A DNA stretch of 63,892 bases, filler included. It is 7 parts of 7 records of this genome, joined end to end, with 100 filler letters (N's around TTAATTAATTAA, not from the genome) between each part and the next. Parts side by side here need not be neighbours in the genome. Positions count along the whole stretch, not along the records: positions 36,280 to 42,422 come from SRR31156797_14281; positions 42,523 to 52,957 come from SRR31156797_14295; 5 more parts are not named here. The stretch is one strand, 5' to 3'. Positions 41,149-51,024 of the stretch are shown in pieces. The translations under genes and the position numbers were made by a program. The notes below the pieces were generated by a model that saw only the letters and a list, made by a program, of their open reading frames with translations, was not told the DNA's origin and ran no database searches. Numbering within the stretch: the stretch's first letter is position 1; the number at the start of each line of letters is the position of its first letter.

Positions 41149-42158
41149 ATATATTAATAACACTAATTATACTGAGTATAATTATATTCATTCATGAATT
41201 AGGACACTTCTTAACAGCTAAAATGTTTAAGATGCCCGTAAGTGAATTTGCAATGGGGATGGGTCCAAAGTTAGCAAGTTATAAATCAAAAGAAACATTG
41301 TACAGTATAAGAGGAATCCCAATGGGAGGATTTGTAAATATAGAGGGAATGGATATAGATAACCCTGTAGAGCATGGTTTTAATACTAAACCTGCGTGGC
41401 AAAGATTTATTGTCCTTTTTGCCGGAGTATTTATGAATTTTTTATTAGCACTAGTAATCGTAGTTCCATTTACAATGATGGTTGGAAAAGTAGTGCCAAA
41501 TGAAAGTGCAGTAATTGGTTTTTTAGATGAAAAAGCTCCATCGGCAAAATATCTAATGCTTGGAGATGAAATCCTGGAGATGGATGGACAGGCAATTACA
41601 TCATGGAAAGATGTAGCATCAACTGAACAAAAAGATGAAGATTTAAATATTAGAGTACTTAGAGATGGTGAAGAACTTACTTTTGATGTTAAACTAACAT
41701 ATTCAGAAGATAGAGAAAGATATCTAATAGGAATTAATCAAGAGTTTAAAATAGAAAAATATAAAGGGGCTGAAGGGTTTAAAGCTGGTATGAATGCTTA
41801 CTTCGGTGTATTTACTCAAATATTTAAAGGCTTTAAAATGATGATAACTGGTCAGGTTAAGGCCGATCAAATAGCAGGTCCTGTTGGATTGGTAAGAATC
41901 GTTGATAGTTTCGCAAAAGAAGGAATTATGAGTCTGGTTGGTTTAACTGCATTATTATCAGTAAATATCGGAATATTCAACCTATTCCCACTTCCAGCAC
42001 TTGATGGCGGAAGAATAATATTTGTTCTGTTAGAATTATTTGGTATGGAAGTTAATAAAAAAACAGAAGAAAAAATTCATACAGTTGGGATAATTATTTT
42101 AATCGGCTTATTTGTATTGATAACCGGAAATGATTTGAAAAATTTGTTTATAAAATAA
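41145..42158 (+). CDS. rseP: Site-2 intramembrane protease (M50, PDZ)
   Basis: HELGH, AGVFMN, NLFPLPALDGG. Confidence 0.93.
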   Translation: MNILITLIILSIIIFIHELGHFLTAKMFKMPVSEFAMGMGPKLASYKSKETLYSIRGIPMGGFVNIEGMDIDNPVEHGFNTKPAWQRFIVLFAGVFMNFLLALVIVVPFTMMVGKVVPNESAVIGFLDEKAPSAKYLMLGDEILEMDGQAITSWKDVASTEQKDEDLNIRVLRDGEELTFDVKLTYSEDRERYLIGINQEFKIEKYKGAEGFKAGMNAYFGVFTQIFKGFKMMITGQVKADQIAGPVGLVRIVDSFAKEGIMSLVGLTALLSVNIGIFNLFPLPALDGGRIIFVLLELFGMEVNKKTEEKIHTVGIIILIGLFVLITGNDLKNLFIK

Positions 42159-42164
42159 GTTTTT

Positions 42165-42194
42165 AAGAGATGCGATTTTATTTGCATCTCTTTT
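42165..42194 (+). terminator. Intrinsic terminator after rseP
   Basis: AAGAGATGC...GCATCTCTT then a T run. Confidence 0.75.
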
Positions 42195-42422
42195 TATATA
42201 TTGGGAAAAATATACTGAAGATTTTAGAAAGAGTTTCGGTTAGTTTTAATTTTTTTTGAGACGAAGGCTTTTCTTATATTTAACAATTATAAAAAGAGTT
42301 GTAGCTGAGACTTTTTTAATATATAATTATTAAGGAGCGTTATTTTAGAGAAAATAAATAGAATATGTATATAAACAAAAATAATTTCTATTTATATATA
42401 AGTTTTAGTTTCTTATTGATAC

Positions 42423-42522
42423 NNNNNNNNNNNNNNNNNNNNNNNNNNNNNNNNNNNNNNNNNNNNTTAATTAATTAANNNNNNNNNNNNNNNNNNNNNN
42501 NNNNNNNNNNNNNNNNNNNNNN
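42423..42522. other. Artificial contig linker
   Basis: N44-TTAATTAATTAA-N44. Confidence 0.99.
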
Positions 42523-42727
42523 CGGAAAGAAACAGATAGCGATCCGTGCTCAGGGACTCTTCAACGGCCTTGATGGATTTTTCCCGGCCCACAAACAAAG
42601 GCAGAAGCATGTCCGTAAAAATAACGACATCCCTGACAGGCATCATGGGAAGTGTCGTGGGGATATCATTGAGATTCCCCTCTTTCTCTATTATTTCGAT
42701 AAGGTCATCCATATCGGTCTCTGCCAT
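42523..42727 (-). CDS. lon: Lon protease, 5' fragment
   Basis: LPMMPVRDVVIF..MLLPLFVGREKSIKAVE (Lon N-domain). Confidence 0.88.
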
Positions 42728-43054
42728 TTGAACTCCTTTTAGTTACTCTTTGATTACGTTGACACTTACAATAAATCATTTTTCCTGGTTTACAATGTCA
42801 CTTTCGCTTTTTTTTATCACAAAAGCCCCTTCCCCCAGGGCGAACGCATGTACATTATTGGATCATATGATTTCAGCATGCTATGCGGCACAAGGTAAAC
42901 GCTACCCCAAGTATCAGCCAACCTAACCAACCGTAAATCTTGGGATCAATACTCCTGCCAGAGTTACATGCGTTTACCCGATCCCTTTCCCCGACTTGAC
43001 TTCAAACGGGGAAAAAACTATGAAAGGGGATATGACCTTACCAAGGAGAAAAGA

Positions 43055-43831
43055 ATGTCCATACCCATAAGCGTAAACCTGATCGTCTTTTTTACAGGCG
43101 CCTGCATCGGAAGTTTTTTGAATGTCTGCATTTACAGGATCCCCCTCCACCGATCCATCATCTACCCGGGATCCGCATGTCCCAACTGCAAAAAGGCCCT
43201 GCCCTTTTACCTGAACATCCCCATTGTCAGTTATCTCCTGCTCAGGGGAGCGTGCAGATTCTGCCGGACCCCCATCTCGCTTCGCTACCCCGCAGTGGAA
43301 GCCCTGACAGGCTTTCTGGCCCTGGCCCTGGTGCTGAAATTCGGCCTGACCCTGACGACCCTCTTCTGGTTCACCTTTACCGCCACCCTTGTGGTAATCT
43401 CCTTCATCGACATCGATTTCCAGATCATCCCGGACACCATCTCCCTTCCCGGCATCGTGGTATTTGCCTCAGCGGCATGGTTTGTCCCGGAAACCCGTTT
43501 TATGGATACGGTGATCGGCATCCTGGCCGGGGGCGGCATCCTCTACATGGTCGCGCTTGCTTACTACATGCTCAGAAAAGAGGAAGGCATGGGAGGGGGC
43601 GACATCAAGCTCCTTGCTATGATCGGCGGGGCTGTGGGCTGGAAAGGCGTCTTCTTTACCCTGTTTGTCGGCTCGCTTCTCGGAACCATAGGAGGAATTG
43701 TGATCATGATACTTACTAGGCTTGCGGATATCAAACTAAAAATACCCTTTGGTCCCTTCCTTTCAGCGGCAGCCGTACTCTACATTTTTTTTGGAAACAC
43801 CCTGATCCGCTGGTACCTCGGAATTTTATGA
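43055..43831 (+). CDS. pilD: Type IV prepilin peptidase
   Basis: GSFLNVCIYRIP, two CxxC, IDIDFQIIPD, GMGGGDIKL, PFGPFL; start ATG 43055 after AAGGAG. Confidence 0.93.
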   Translation: MSIPISVNLIVFFTGACIGSFLNVCIYRIPLHRSIIYPGSACPNCKKALPFYLNIPIVSYLLLRGACRFCRTPISLRYPAVEALTGFLALALVLKFGLTLTTLFWFTFTATLVVISFIDIDFQIIPDTISLPGIVVFASAAWFVPETRFMDTVIGILAGGGILYMVALAYYMLRKEEGMGGGDIKLLAMIGGAVGWKGVFFTLFVGSLLGTIGGIVIMILTRLADIKLKIPFGPFLSAAAVLYIFFGNTLIRWYLGIL

Positions 43832-43868
43832 GGCCGCCGGTTGGAACAGGACAAAACCTGCTCAGCGG

Positions 43869-44327
43869 TTACGAATAACACACCTCTATAACCATGCTTC
43901 CCTTTGTGGTCGCGAACGGAAGGGCAAGCACCGTCCCCCCATCGACATGGTCAATGGTATGATCCTTACCAGTCCTGACTTCGTCCAGCTTCACCCGGAC
44001 GGTCTTTCCCATCTCGGTCATCTTGGTTGTCACGTGACCCGATATCATATTACTGATCTCGCCCACGGCATCGTTGATCTCTTCATCCATTTCCGTCATC
44101 TCCTCACCAAACATGGCGGAGACAATCCCGAGTATGCTCTTCTCAGTAAAGCTCACAGAGGCCGATCCGGTGATATCTCCTGAGATTGAAAGGGTTCCTG
44201 AGATATCCCCCCTGGCCCGGACATCCCTTTTCACGTAAGGAGAACCGGGTCTTACCTTCACAGAGGCCGTCGTATCAAGGATGTAGAGGGTTCCCTCGAT
44301 AAACGGATTAACCATTGCTGCGTCCAT
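43869..44327 (-). CDS. cheX: Chemotaxis phosphatase CheX
   Basis: VNPFI, DAVGEISNMISG (ExxN). Confidence 0.9.
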   Translation of the reverse strand: MDAAMVNPFIEGTLYILDTTASVKVRPGSPYVKRDVRARGDISGTLSISGDITGSASVSFTEKSILGIVSAMFGEEMTEMDEEINDAVGEISNMISGHVTTKMTEMGKTVRVKLDEVRTGKDHTIDHVDGGTVLALPFATTKGSMVIEVCYS

Positions 44328-44630
44328 ATCAACTCCTTTGTTTCATGCATTGTAAGCCCATTTTACGGGCTGTGCAACCCATTATTTGCAAAAAATGCCA
44401 ATAAATACTTGACACCATCTTTCCAAGCACGTAACGTAACGCAAAAAAGCCGGTATTCGGCTCCAATACTGTATTTCAGCACAATTTGGAATTTTTAACC
44501 CGTTACAAGTTATATAGTAAACAAGAACTCAAGTAACCAGACTAGAGAAAAGTTGACACTGATAAGCTGCTTTGCTTAACTATTTATATAATTTTGGTAA
44601 CCTGCTAATGAAAAAAAGGAGTAATGAACG

Positions 44631-44900
44631 ATGAACAAAGGTGATTTAATCAACAAGGTAGCGGAAGTACTTAACAGCAAAAAAGATGCCCAGGCTGCCG
44701 TAGACTGCATTCTTTCCACTGTTACCGATGCACTTGCAGAGAAAGAGTCTGTAACCCTCGTAGGTTTCGGAACATTCAAAACAGCCGAAAGAAAAGCACG
44801 AAAGGGAAGAAACCCCCAGACAGGCAACGAGATCGACATTCCGGCCAGGAACGTACCCAAGTTTATTCCCGGCAAAGCCCTGAAAGACGCTGTGAAGTAA
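44631..44900 (+). CDS. hup: HU DNA-binding protein
   Basis: MNKGDLI, GFGTF, GRNPQTG, PKF.PGKALK. Confidence 0.95.
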   Translation: MNKGDLINKVAEVLNSKKDAQAAVDCILSTVTDALAEKESVTLVGFGTFKTAERKARKGRNPQTGNEIDIPARNVPKFIPGKALKDAVK

Positions 44901-44994
44901 GCTTCCTGCATTTTGAGTACAACCAGATTCAGGCAGCACTGTGTCCAGCCGCATGCTGCCTGAAGATCATCCATCCGTAGAACACCCGGTAACC

Positions 44995-45756
44995 ATGACC
45001 CATACCATTGAAAAAATATTCAACCCGTCCGTTGGGGTGGAAATCGTCTTCAACCTGAGTTCCCTGACCCCCTCTTCCATGCCGTCCATCATCTACGATG
45101 TGGACCACGCCCGGAAGCAGATCGTTATTGCCCAGTCGCTGATTCCGATCAAACCGGCCACGGTTCCGAAAGAGGTTCACCTGACAACCCTCGTCAAGGA
45201 TAAAAAGGGCAACAAACGGGTGGGGATCAAGTGCAAACCGGTCAAATTCGACAACAATTACAGGCTGTCAAGCAACAATGCGGTCAGTGCCATCACCGTT
45301 GAATACGAACCCGGCATCATCGACACCAACATTCGGGCGGGATATCGGCTCCCCCTGACAAAAAAGCACAAGATCAAGGCAAAGCTGAACCACAAGGGGA
45401 TCAACTACACCTCCGGGAAAGAATTCTTTATCCTGGACATCTCCCTGAGCGGCGTTGGCATTGTCATCCCCAAAACCATCAACAAGGGCAAACGCAACCC
45501 CCTGACCCGGATAGAACGTGGAGAACACGCAAAGATAGGCATCATCTTCATCAATGAAGAAGACGCAAATAAGAACATCACCATCCCCTCCATCATCCAG
45601 ATCGCTCGGGTCAACACCAACTACAGCGAAACAAGAATCCTTGCGGGCACGAAATTTGTGGGACTCAAGCCCGTAATAGAAGAAGAACTCAACAGATTCA
45701 TCCACAAGGCACAGATGGAAGACCTGCAACGCCTCAGCGGGCTTGGCGAGGCCTGA
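44995..45756 (+). CDS. PilZ-domain c-di-GMP-binding protein
   Basis: RAGYR (RxxxR) and DISLSG (DxSxxG); start uncertain. Confidence 0.75.
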   Translation: MTHTIEKIFNPSVGVEIVFNLSSLTPSSMPSIIYDVDHARKQIVIAQSLIPIKPATVPKEVHLTTLVKDKKGNKRVGIKCKPVKFDNNYRLSSNNAVSAITVEYEPGIIDTNIRAGYRLPLTKKHKIKAKLNHKGINYTSGKEFFILDISLSGVGIVIPKTINKGKRNPLTRIERGEHAKIGIIFINEEDANKNITIPSIIQIARVNTNYSETRILAGTKFVGLKPVIEEELNRFIHKAQMEDLQRLSGLGEA

Positions 45757-47172
45757 TCACAGGGTTGTAAGGTAGACATCCAGCCACTCCAGAATCGCTT
45801 CCTGCTCCCCGTCAAGTCCTCCCTTCTCCCTGATGGCGTCGATCTCCCCCCGGGCGGAATCACAGGTCAGCTTCACATCGTTGCGATATCCGCGCACAGG
45901 ATCGGCAGAAACAGAGGAACGGAGCCGGTCCAGATACTCGCCATGCTCCGCAAGAACCCGGGACGTCGCCTGGCCCGGAAAATTCCTGGCCACGATCCGT
46001 TGGGCAAGGTCCTTCACCCGGGAAGATGAGATCCCGCTGCATACCCCCATCTTATCCTCAGCGGATGCCTGATGAAACACCCCCATATCCACCTTATCCT
46101 GCCTTGAGAAAAACCCGGTTTGATAGAGGGAGGCATCAAGATCAAGATCCGGCACAAACGGGTATTTAAAGTCCCGGTGGTGGATCACCAGTCTCTGAAA
46201 TTCATCCGGATTACCCTGGATCAAAGCGAGATTGGCTTCACACCGGTTTCGCTGCTCCAGGGTCAGACGGTCCCAGAACCGGTCCAGGGGCGGAAGCACG
46301 ATTTTTGCCTCACCATAGCGTTTTCGAATAACGAAGGGGCCGTTCCCGGCATCGGGATCAAAGGGAAGAATCTCGGCATTGTCGAGCCGTAGCCAGAGAC
46401 TCTGGTTGGAGTAGGCTGTTGAATGCCCCAGACTGACCACCGGCGCCATGAACATGAGATCGCCGCCAAACGAAACAGAGACCATGATACAGACCCGGTG
46501 CCTGCCGAACACCGATTGAAATTTTTCATCGATCGCCTCAATCCTTGCCTGATCCTTTCGCTTGTCGAAAAAATCGAGACAGTAGCTCCACATAATCGTC
46601 TCTTCAGCGAGGCGCCTGGCGAGCTCGAGGGTGGCCTCCACATCGGTCATGGCATCATGGGCCCTGCCCGATTGAACCAGGTTGTTTTCCTGGCTTATCA
46701 ACTCGAGCTTCATGGAGGGCTTGCCATCCCGCTCCGGCCATCGCACCGGGCCGGGCTTAAAAACCCGGTAAAGGGTCGCGATGGGAAGCAGATCCATACG
46801 GCCGCAGCCGTTGGCATACTGGTGGGAATAAGGATCCAACAGATTCCTGTAAAAGGCGAATCGCAGGAATTCGTCATCAAACCCGAGGGTGTTGTAACCG
46901 ATACTGATGGTTCCGGGCGTATTGACAATCCCGTGAATGACGGTCATCGCCTCGTATTCGCAGAGGCCGGATGCCAGATCATCCATGGTGAGCCGATGAG
47001 TAATAAAGGCTCCGGGGGAGGGAACGATATCGGGACGAAGGGACACCGTGACGGAATAGCGGTCAATCTCGTTCAGCGCCATGTCCGTCCGGATGGCGGC
47101 AAAGGTCAGCACCTGATCAAAGGCCGGGCTGAGCCCACTTGTCTCGATGTCGTAAAAAAGAAGTGTCTTCAT
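45757..47172 (-). CDS. sbcB: Exodeoxyribonuclease I
   Basis: FYDIETSG, GYN..FDDEF.R..FYRNL.DPY, AHDAM.DV (DEDDh). Confidence 0.88.
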   Translation of the reverse strand: MKTLLFYDIETSGLSPAFDQVLTFAAIRTDMALNEIDRYSVTVSLRPDIVPSPGAFITHRLTMDDLASGLCEYEAMTVIHGIVNTPGTISIGYNTLGFDDEFLRFAFYRNLLDPYSHQYANGCGRMDLLPIATLYRVFKPGPVRWPERDGKPSMKLELISQENNLVQSGRAHDAMTDVEATLELARRLAEETIMWSYCLDFFDKRKDQARIEAIDEKFQSVFGRHRVCIMVSVSFGGDLMFMAPVVSLGHSTAYSNQSLWLRLDNAEILPFDPDAGNGPFVIRKRYGEAKIVLPPLDRFWDRLTLEQRNRCEANLALIQGNPDEFQRLVIHHRDFKYPFVPDLDLDASLYQTGFFSRQDKVDMGVFHQASAEDKMGVCSGISSSRVKDLAQRIVARNFPGQATSRVLAEHGEYLDRLRSSVSADPVRGYRNDVKLTCDSARGEIDAIREKGGLDGEQEAILEWLDVYLTTL

Positions 47173-47177
47173 AAATT

Positions 47178-47216
47178 AAAAAAAGGGACCGGGCATGAGA
47201 ATGCCCGTCCCTTTTT
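47178..47216 (-). terminator. Intrinsic terminator after rpsI
   Basis: GGGACGGGCAT/ATGCCCGGTCCC stem with a T run on the minus strand. Confidence 0.75.
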
Positions 47217-47239
47217 CCAAAACAGATAACAAGAGATCT

Positions 47240-47635
47240 CTATCTCTTTGAGAACTGAAAACGGGCCCGTGCACCCTTCTGACCGTATTTTTTACGCTCT
47301 TTGACCCGGGCGTCCCTGGTAAGGCAGCCGGCTTTCTTGAGCACGCCCCTCAGCTCGGGATCCGCAAGGACGAGAGCCTTGGTGATACCGTGCCTGACAG
47401 CTCCGGCCTGTCCCATGATACCGCCGCCAAGGACAGTCACGTTGATATCGAAGGCATCCTTTTTGTCAGTGAGCTCCAGGGGAAGTTCAAGGGCTTCCCG
47501 GGCAGTATTCAGGACAAAGTACTCATCGAGTGCCTTGTTGTTGACTGTGATTTTACCGGTTCCGGGCGTGATCCATGTTTTTGCCACGGAACATTTTCTC
47601 TTACCAGTAGCGTAGTAGATATTTTCGTTTTCCAT
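47240..47635 (-). CDS. rpsI: 30S ribosomal protein S9
   Basis: YATGKRK, GGG..GQAGA, ERKKYG, QFSKR. Confidence 0.97.
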   Translation of the reverse strand: MENENIYYATGKRKCSVAKTWITPGTGKITVNNKALDEYFVLNTAREALELPLELTDKKDAFDINVTVLGGGIMGQAGAVRHGITKALVLADPELRGVLKKAGCLTRDARVKERKKYGQKGARARFQFSKR

Positions 47636-47661
47636 AAAGTATTTCCAGTCCCTTTTATAGA

Positions 47662-48105
47662 CTAAATTTCAAGCGTCTCAGGCTGCTGAGCGGCATGGGG
47701 ATGCTCTGCACCAGCATAGACGTACAATTTGTTGTTAAGCTTTCTACCGAGCCTGTTCTTGGGAAGCATTCCCCGTACAGCCTTGCGAACCAGCTCTTCG
47801 GGTTTCTTTTCCAGCATCTCTTTTGCAGTGGTGGCCTTCAGGCTTCCGGTGTATCCGGAGTGACGGTAGTAAGTCTTCTGATCCCACTTGTTCCCAGTAA
47901 GTTTAATTTTGTCTGCATTGACCACGATAACCCAATCCCCGGTGTCTGCGTGGGGGGTAAACAGAGGATTGTGCTTACCTCTGATCCGTGCAGCAACTTC
48001 TGAGGCAAGCCTGCCAAGGACTTTGTCTTTGGCATCGACCACGCACCAGTTCTCTTTGTTGTCAGCTCTTTTCGCGCTATATGTATATTTTTTCAATTTT
48101 CTCAC
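47662..48105 (-). CDS. rplM: 50S ribosomal protein L13
   Basis: VDA..VLGRLA, GKH.P.FTPH.DTGD, GMLPKN, HPHAAQ. Confidence 0.97.
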   Translation of the reverse strand: MRKLKKYTYSAKRADNKENWCVVDAKDKVLGRLASEVAARIRGKHNPLFTPHADTGDWVIVVNADKIKLTGNKWDQKTYYRHSGYTGSLKATTAKEMLEKKPEELVRKAVRGMLPKNRLGRKLNNKLYVYAGAEHPHAAQQPETLEI

Positions 48106-48168
48106 GCTCCTGTTCGTAAAATAATTTGAAACAACTACTCCATTATCATAAAAATGTCAAGTGCTATT

Positions 48169-48576
48169 TTAAAGTTCAATCTTCTTGCCGACCCCTGCCC
48201 GGGCGTCGGATTTACCGTTTTTCCCGGTCTCCAGGGCCATCTTCCGGGAAGTCTTGCAGGTAACCTCGGCATTCAGAATGCCGCCGTTTTCGACAATAAG
48301 ATCCTTGCACTCCACCTTTCCGGCACAACTTCCCGTTGAAAGGATGATCAACTCCTTGGAGGCATAGATATCCCCCTCAAAACTGCCGCCGATGGTCATA
48401 CTCGTGACCCTGGCATCCGAGTGGACGTCGCCGTCTTCAGCAATGATGACCGTTTCCCCCTCGATGGCACCCCTGAGGCTCCCCTTGATGATCAGCTTTC
48501 CGCGGCTCACGATCGAGCCGTCGATCTTCAGTTCCCTGTCTATGATCGACAGGTTCATTCGCTCCTTTTTTCCCAC
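48169..48576 (-). CDS. Bactofilin (polymer-forming cytoskeletal protein)
   Basis: SII....IDG.I...G.L.I.G...G.I beta-helix repeats through LIVENGGILN. Confidence 0.88.
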   Translation of the reverse strand: MGKKERMNLSIIDRELKIDGSIVSRGKLIIKGSLRGAIEGETVIIAEDGDVHSDARVTSMTIGGSFEGDIYASKELIILSTGSCAGKVECKDLIVENGGILNAEVTCKTSRKMALETGKNGKSDARAGVGKKIEL

Positions 48577-48577
48577 G

Positions 48578-50089
48578 TTATTTCTCCTGACCTGTAGAAG
48601 GTTTTAAATCGATGTACAGCCTGCCAACCTCGGTATCTCCCTGGGTTGTCACCACATAGTAGTGCCTGCCCTTTTGATGCATGGAGTAGCGTTTCATCAA
48701 AACATCTTTACTTGTATCCACGACATAGCCCCGGTCCTCGCCGGTGTTGACGCTTGGATTACCCACAAACCCCTTGAAGTTGACCGTGAAATCCGAAGGG
48801 TCTTCTCCCGGGGTGACAATATCCTCAATCTCAAAGGTATCCCCGACGACCAGTTCCACATGTTCGTTATTCCCCACCTCCAGGCGCCTGGAGTTAATCT
48901 TGATCCTGTAAACCATGGGGGCGTCCTTTTCAACGAACTCCGACACAATGGGCCGGTCTCCCGGGACTGCCGTCTCAGACTTGAAATCAAGATACACGCT
49001 TCCGCATGGATAGAAATCTTTTTTTCCGACGATCCTTGTTTCCTGTTCAACCCTGACCTTTCTTCCCATATCGTTGAGCCTGCTGCCAAGCCCGACGATA
49101 TCAACGCTCAATCCCCGCTCGTAGTTGACCTCCATATCCAGGACCTCCACAGTGTCATTGGGCTGGACCTGGAGATGCTGGCCCTTCATGACAACCACGG
49201 GAACGGAGCCGTTCACCGAAATGATCATATATTTGAGCTCCGGCTTTTTAAGGTCCACCCCCGGGGTCTCGGGCACGATGTTGAGCAGCTCCATGAATCC
49301 GTTGATGGCGTAGATGTGCTGGCGAACCTTCTGTTCCAGGGGAAGCGCCTTGGCACTCTCGACGCCGAAGGCGGGAATCTTTGCCTTATAAAGCGCATAA
49401 TAGGTGGCGGATTTCCGCTGTTCCTGATGAATGGAATCCTTTTCCCGGGTCATATGGTTGTTGAAATGAAAAAAATGATCCGGATTCCTGATATGGGCAT
49501 TTATCTTGCGAATCACCGCCTTGGCCATGGCCTCAAGATCAATGACTTCACCGGTTTTCGGAGATTCGAACGTCCTGGCGTCGGCAATGATGGACTGGCC
49601 GAACCGGGAGGGATTTCTCATGGAATCTTCCCATTTTTCACTGTATATCCCGGATCCTTCATGGAGGTTCAACAGGCAGTCGCTCTCATGAATCAGCTGC
49701 TTGAGCACCTTGACCACCTTTGCCTCATAATTGGCAACATGATCATCTGCGAATTTACGATTCATATCCTCGTTCACCTTCCGCTTCTGCTGGAGAATGG
49801 AAGGGAAATTGGCCCGGGGCACGACAATGAGGTTTCCGGTTTCAAGTGAAAAATCAGCATAAAGATCCGCGGCCAGAAAGCCTCCGGGCTCATCCCCCTG
49901 GATACCGCCGATAAGCAGCAGGGTTTTTCCGGGTTTTGCGCCGTAAACCCTGTAGACATGAAGCTCGTTGTCGCTGCCTTCGTAAAACACGGTGTGGGTG
50001 GTTTGGGCATCCGCCGGCCCGAAGACCAAGCAACACCCCAGAACACCGGCCACCATGATCAGGCAATATTTAAAACAGAGGTTCATCAT
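48578..50089 (-). CDS. M99/M14-like peptidoglycan carboxypeptidase, Csd4/Pgp1-like
   Basis: Signal peptide; GGIQGDEPGG (Gln-type Zn motif), DMNRKF, LNLHEGSG, FGQSII, FGVES; beta-rich C-terminal domains. Confidence 0.82.
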   Translation of the reverse strand: MMNLCFKYCLIMVAGVLGCCLVFGPADAQTTHTVFYEGSDNELHVYRVYGAKPGKTLLLIGGIQGDEPGGFLAADLYADFSLETGNLIVVPRANFPSILQQKRKVNEDMNRKFADDHVANYEAKVVKVLKQLIHESDCLLNLHEGSGIYSEKWEDSMRNPSRFGQSIIADARTFESPKTGEVIDLEAMAKAVIRKINAHIRNPDHFFHFNNHMTREKDSIHQEQRKSATYYALYKAKIPAFGVESAKALPLEQKVRQHIYAINGFMELLNIVPETPGVDLKKPELKYMIISVNGSVPVVVMKGQHLQVQPNDTVEVLDMEVNYERGLSVDIVGLGSRLNDMGRKVRVEQETRIVGKKDFYPCGSVYLDFKSETAVPGDRPIVSEFVEKDAPMVYRIKINSRRLEVGNNEHVELVVGDTFEIEDIVTPGEDPSDFTVNFKGFVGNPSVNTGEDRGYVVDTSKDVLMKRYSMHQKGRHYYVVTTQGDTEVGRLYIDLKPSTGQEK

Positions 50090-51024
50090 TATCCCTTTGA
50101 TTGTGCGAGAGCCATATCCCGCTGGAACATCAAGCCACCTTCTTCGTCATAGACAAACACGGTGGCGGTTTTAAAGGAGTCGGGCGCAAACTGCGTCTTC
50201 ACCCTGAAATTGACGGGTTTGAAATGGGCGATGGAAAAGTATTGCCCCTTCCTGTGAACAGCGGGTTTCCCCTTGTCCATGGCGACCGAGGGAACCACCA
50301 GCCAGTCATTGCCGGCCCCGGTATCGGACTTGAGAATGACATAGATATAGCCGGAAATATTGCTCGAACCAACGGCTATGTTCCTGATATCAAAGCGCAC
50401 AAGCAAATCACCATTATTACCGTCCCGAATCACCTTGAGCCCCTCGACACCGATCTTTTTCGGCTGATTTTTCACCACTTTGGCAGCCGGCTCGGCCTTC
50501 TTTTTCTCCACCTTGGGCTGGGACTTGGGCTTGGGCCGGCTATTTTTCTGCTTCTTTGCCGGTTCCGGCTTGACCGCTGTCACCTTGCTGCCGGGCTTAA
50601 CCTTGGCCACGGGGGCGGCACTCTTTTTCACCGGGGCTTTACCGTCATTCCCGGCAGGTTTCTTCGCCTGGGCCCCAAAAGCAGCAAGACCCGCATCTTT
50701 GCCGGACAACACCAGGCGGGCCATGAGAATCTCCTTCTCGCTGACAAGCTGTTGCACCCGCTTCTCCTGGGCGGCAAGACGCCGGGTCAACTCTGACTGT
50801 TCAGCCCCGGACCGTGTGTAAAAATAGGCAAACGCGCCTGCGGTTGCTGTTGAAAAAAACGTCAGTATCACCAGGAGCCTGACAAGGGGCTTGATCCAGG
50901 CAGCCGAAGCGATCTCCCCTATTTCATTGATGAAGTAGAGCTCTGTCTTGATCTTTCTTTTGGCCGGAACCGGCCGAGAGTGAGCCTTTAGTTCTTTTTC
51001 CAGCTCTCTCGATATATCTTCCAT
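50089..51024 (-). CDS. Bitopic membrane protein with coiled coil, K/P/A-rich linker and C-terminal beta domain
   Basis: Single TM near residues 45-68, coiled coil, low-complexity linker; overlaps both neighbours. Confidence 0.75.
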   Translation of the reverse strand: MEDISRELEKELKAHSRPVPAKRKIKTELYFINEIGEIASAAWIKPLVRLLVILTFFSTATAGAFAYFYTRSGAEQSELTRRLAAQEKRVQQLVSEKEILMARLVLSGKDAGLAAFGAQAKKPAGNDGKAPVKKSAAPVAKVKPGSKVTAVKPEPAKKQKNSRPKPKSQPKVEKKKAEPAAKVVKNQPKKIGVEGLKVIRDGNNGDLLVRFDIRNIAVGSSNISGYIYVILKSDTGAGNDWLVVPSVAMDKGKPAVHRKGQYFSIAHFKPVNFRVKTQFAPDSFKTATVFVYDEEGGLMFQRDMALAQSKG

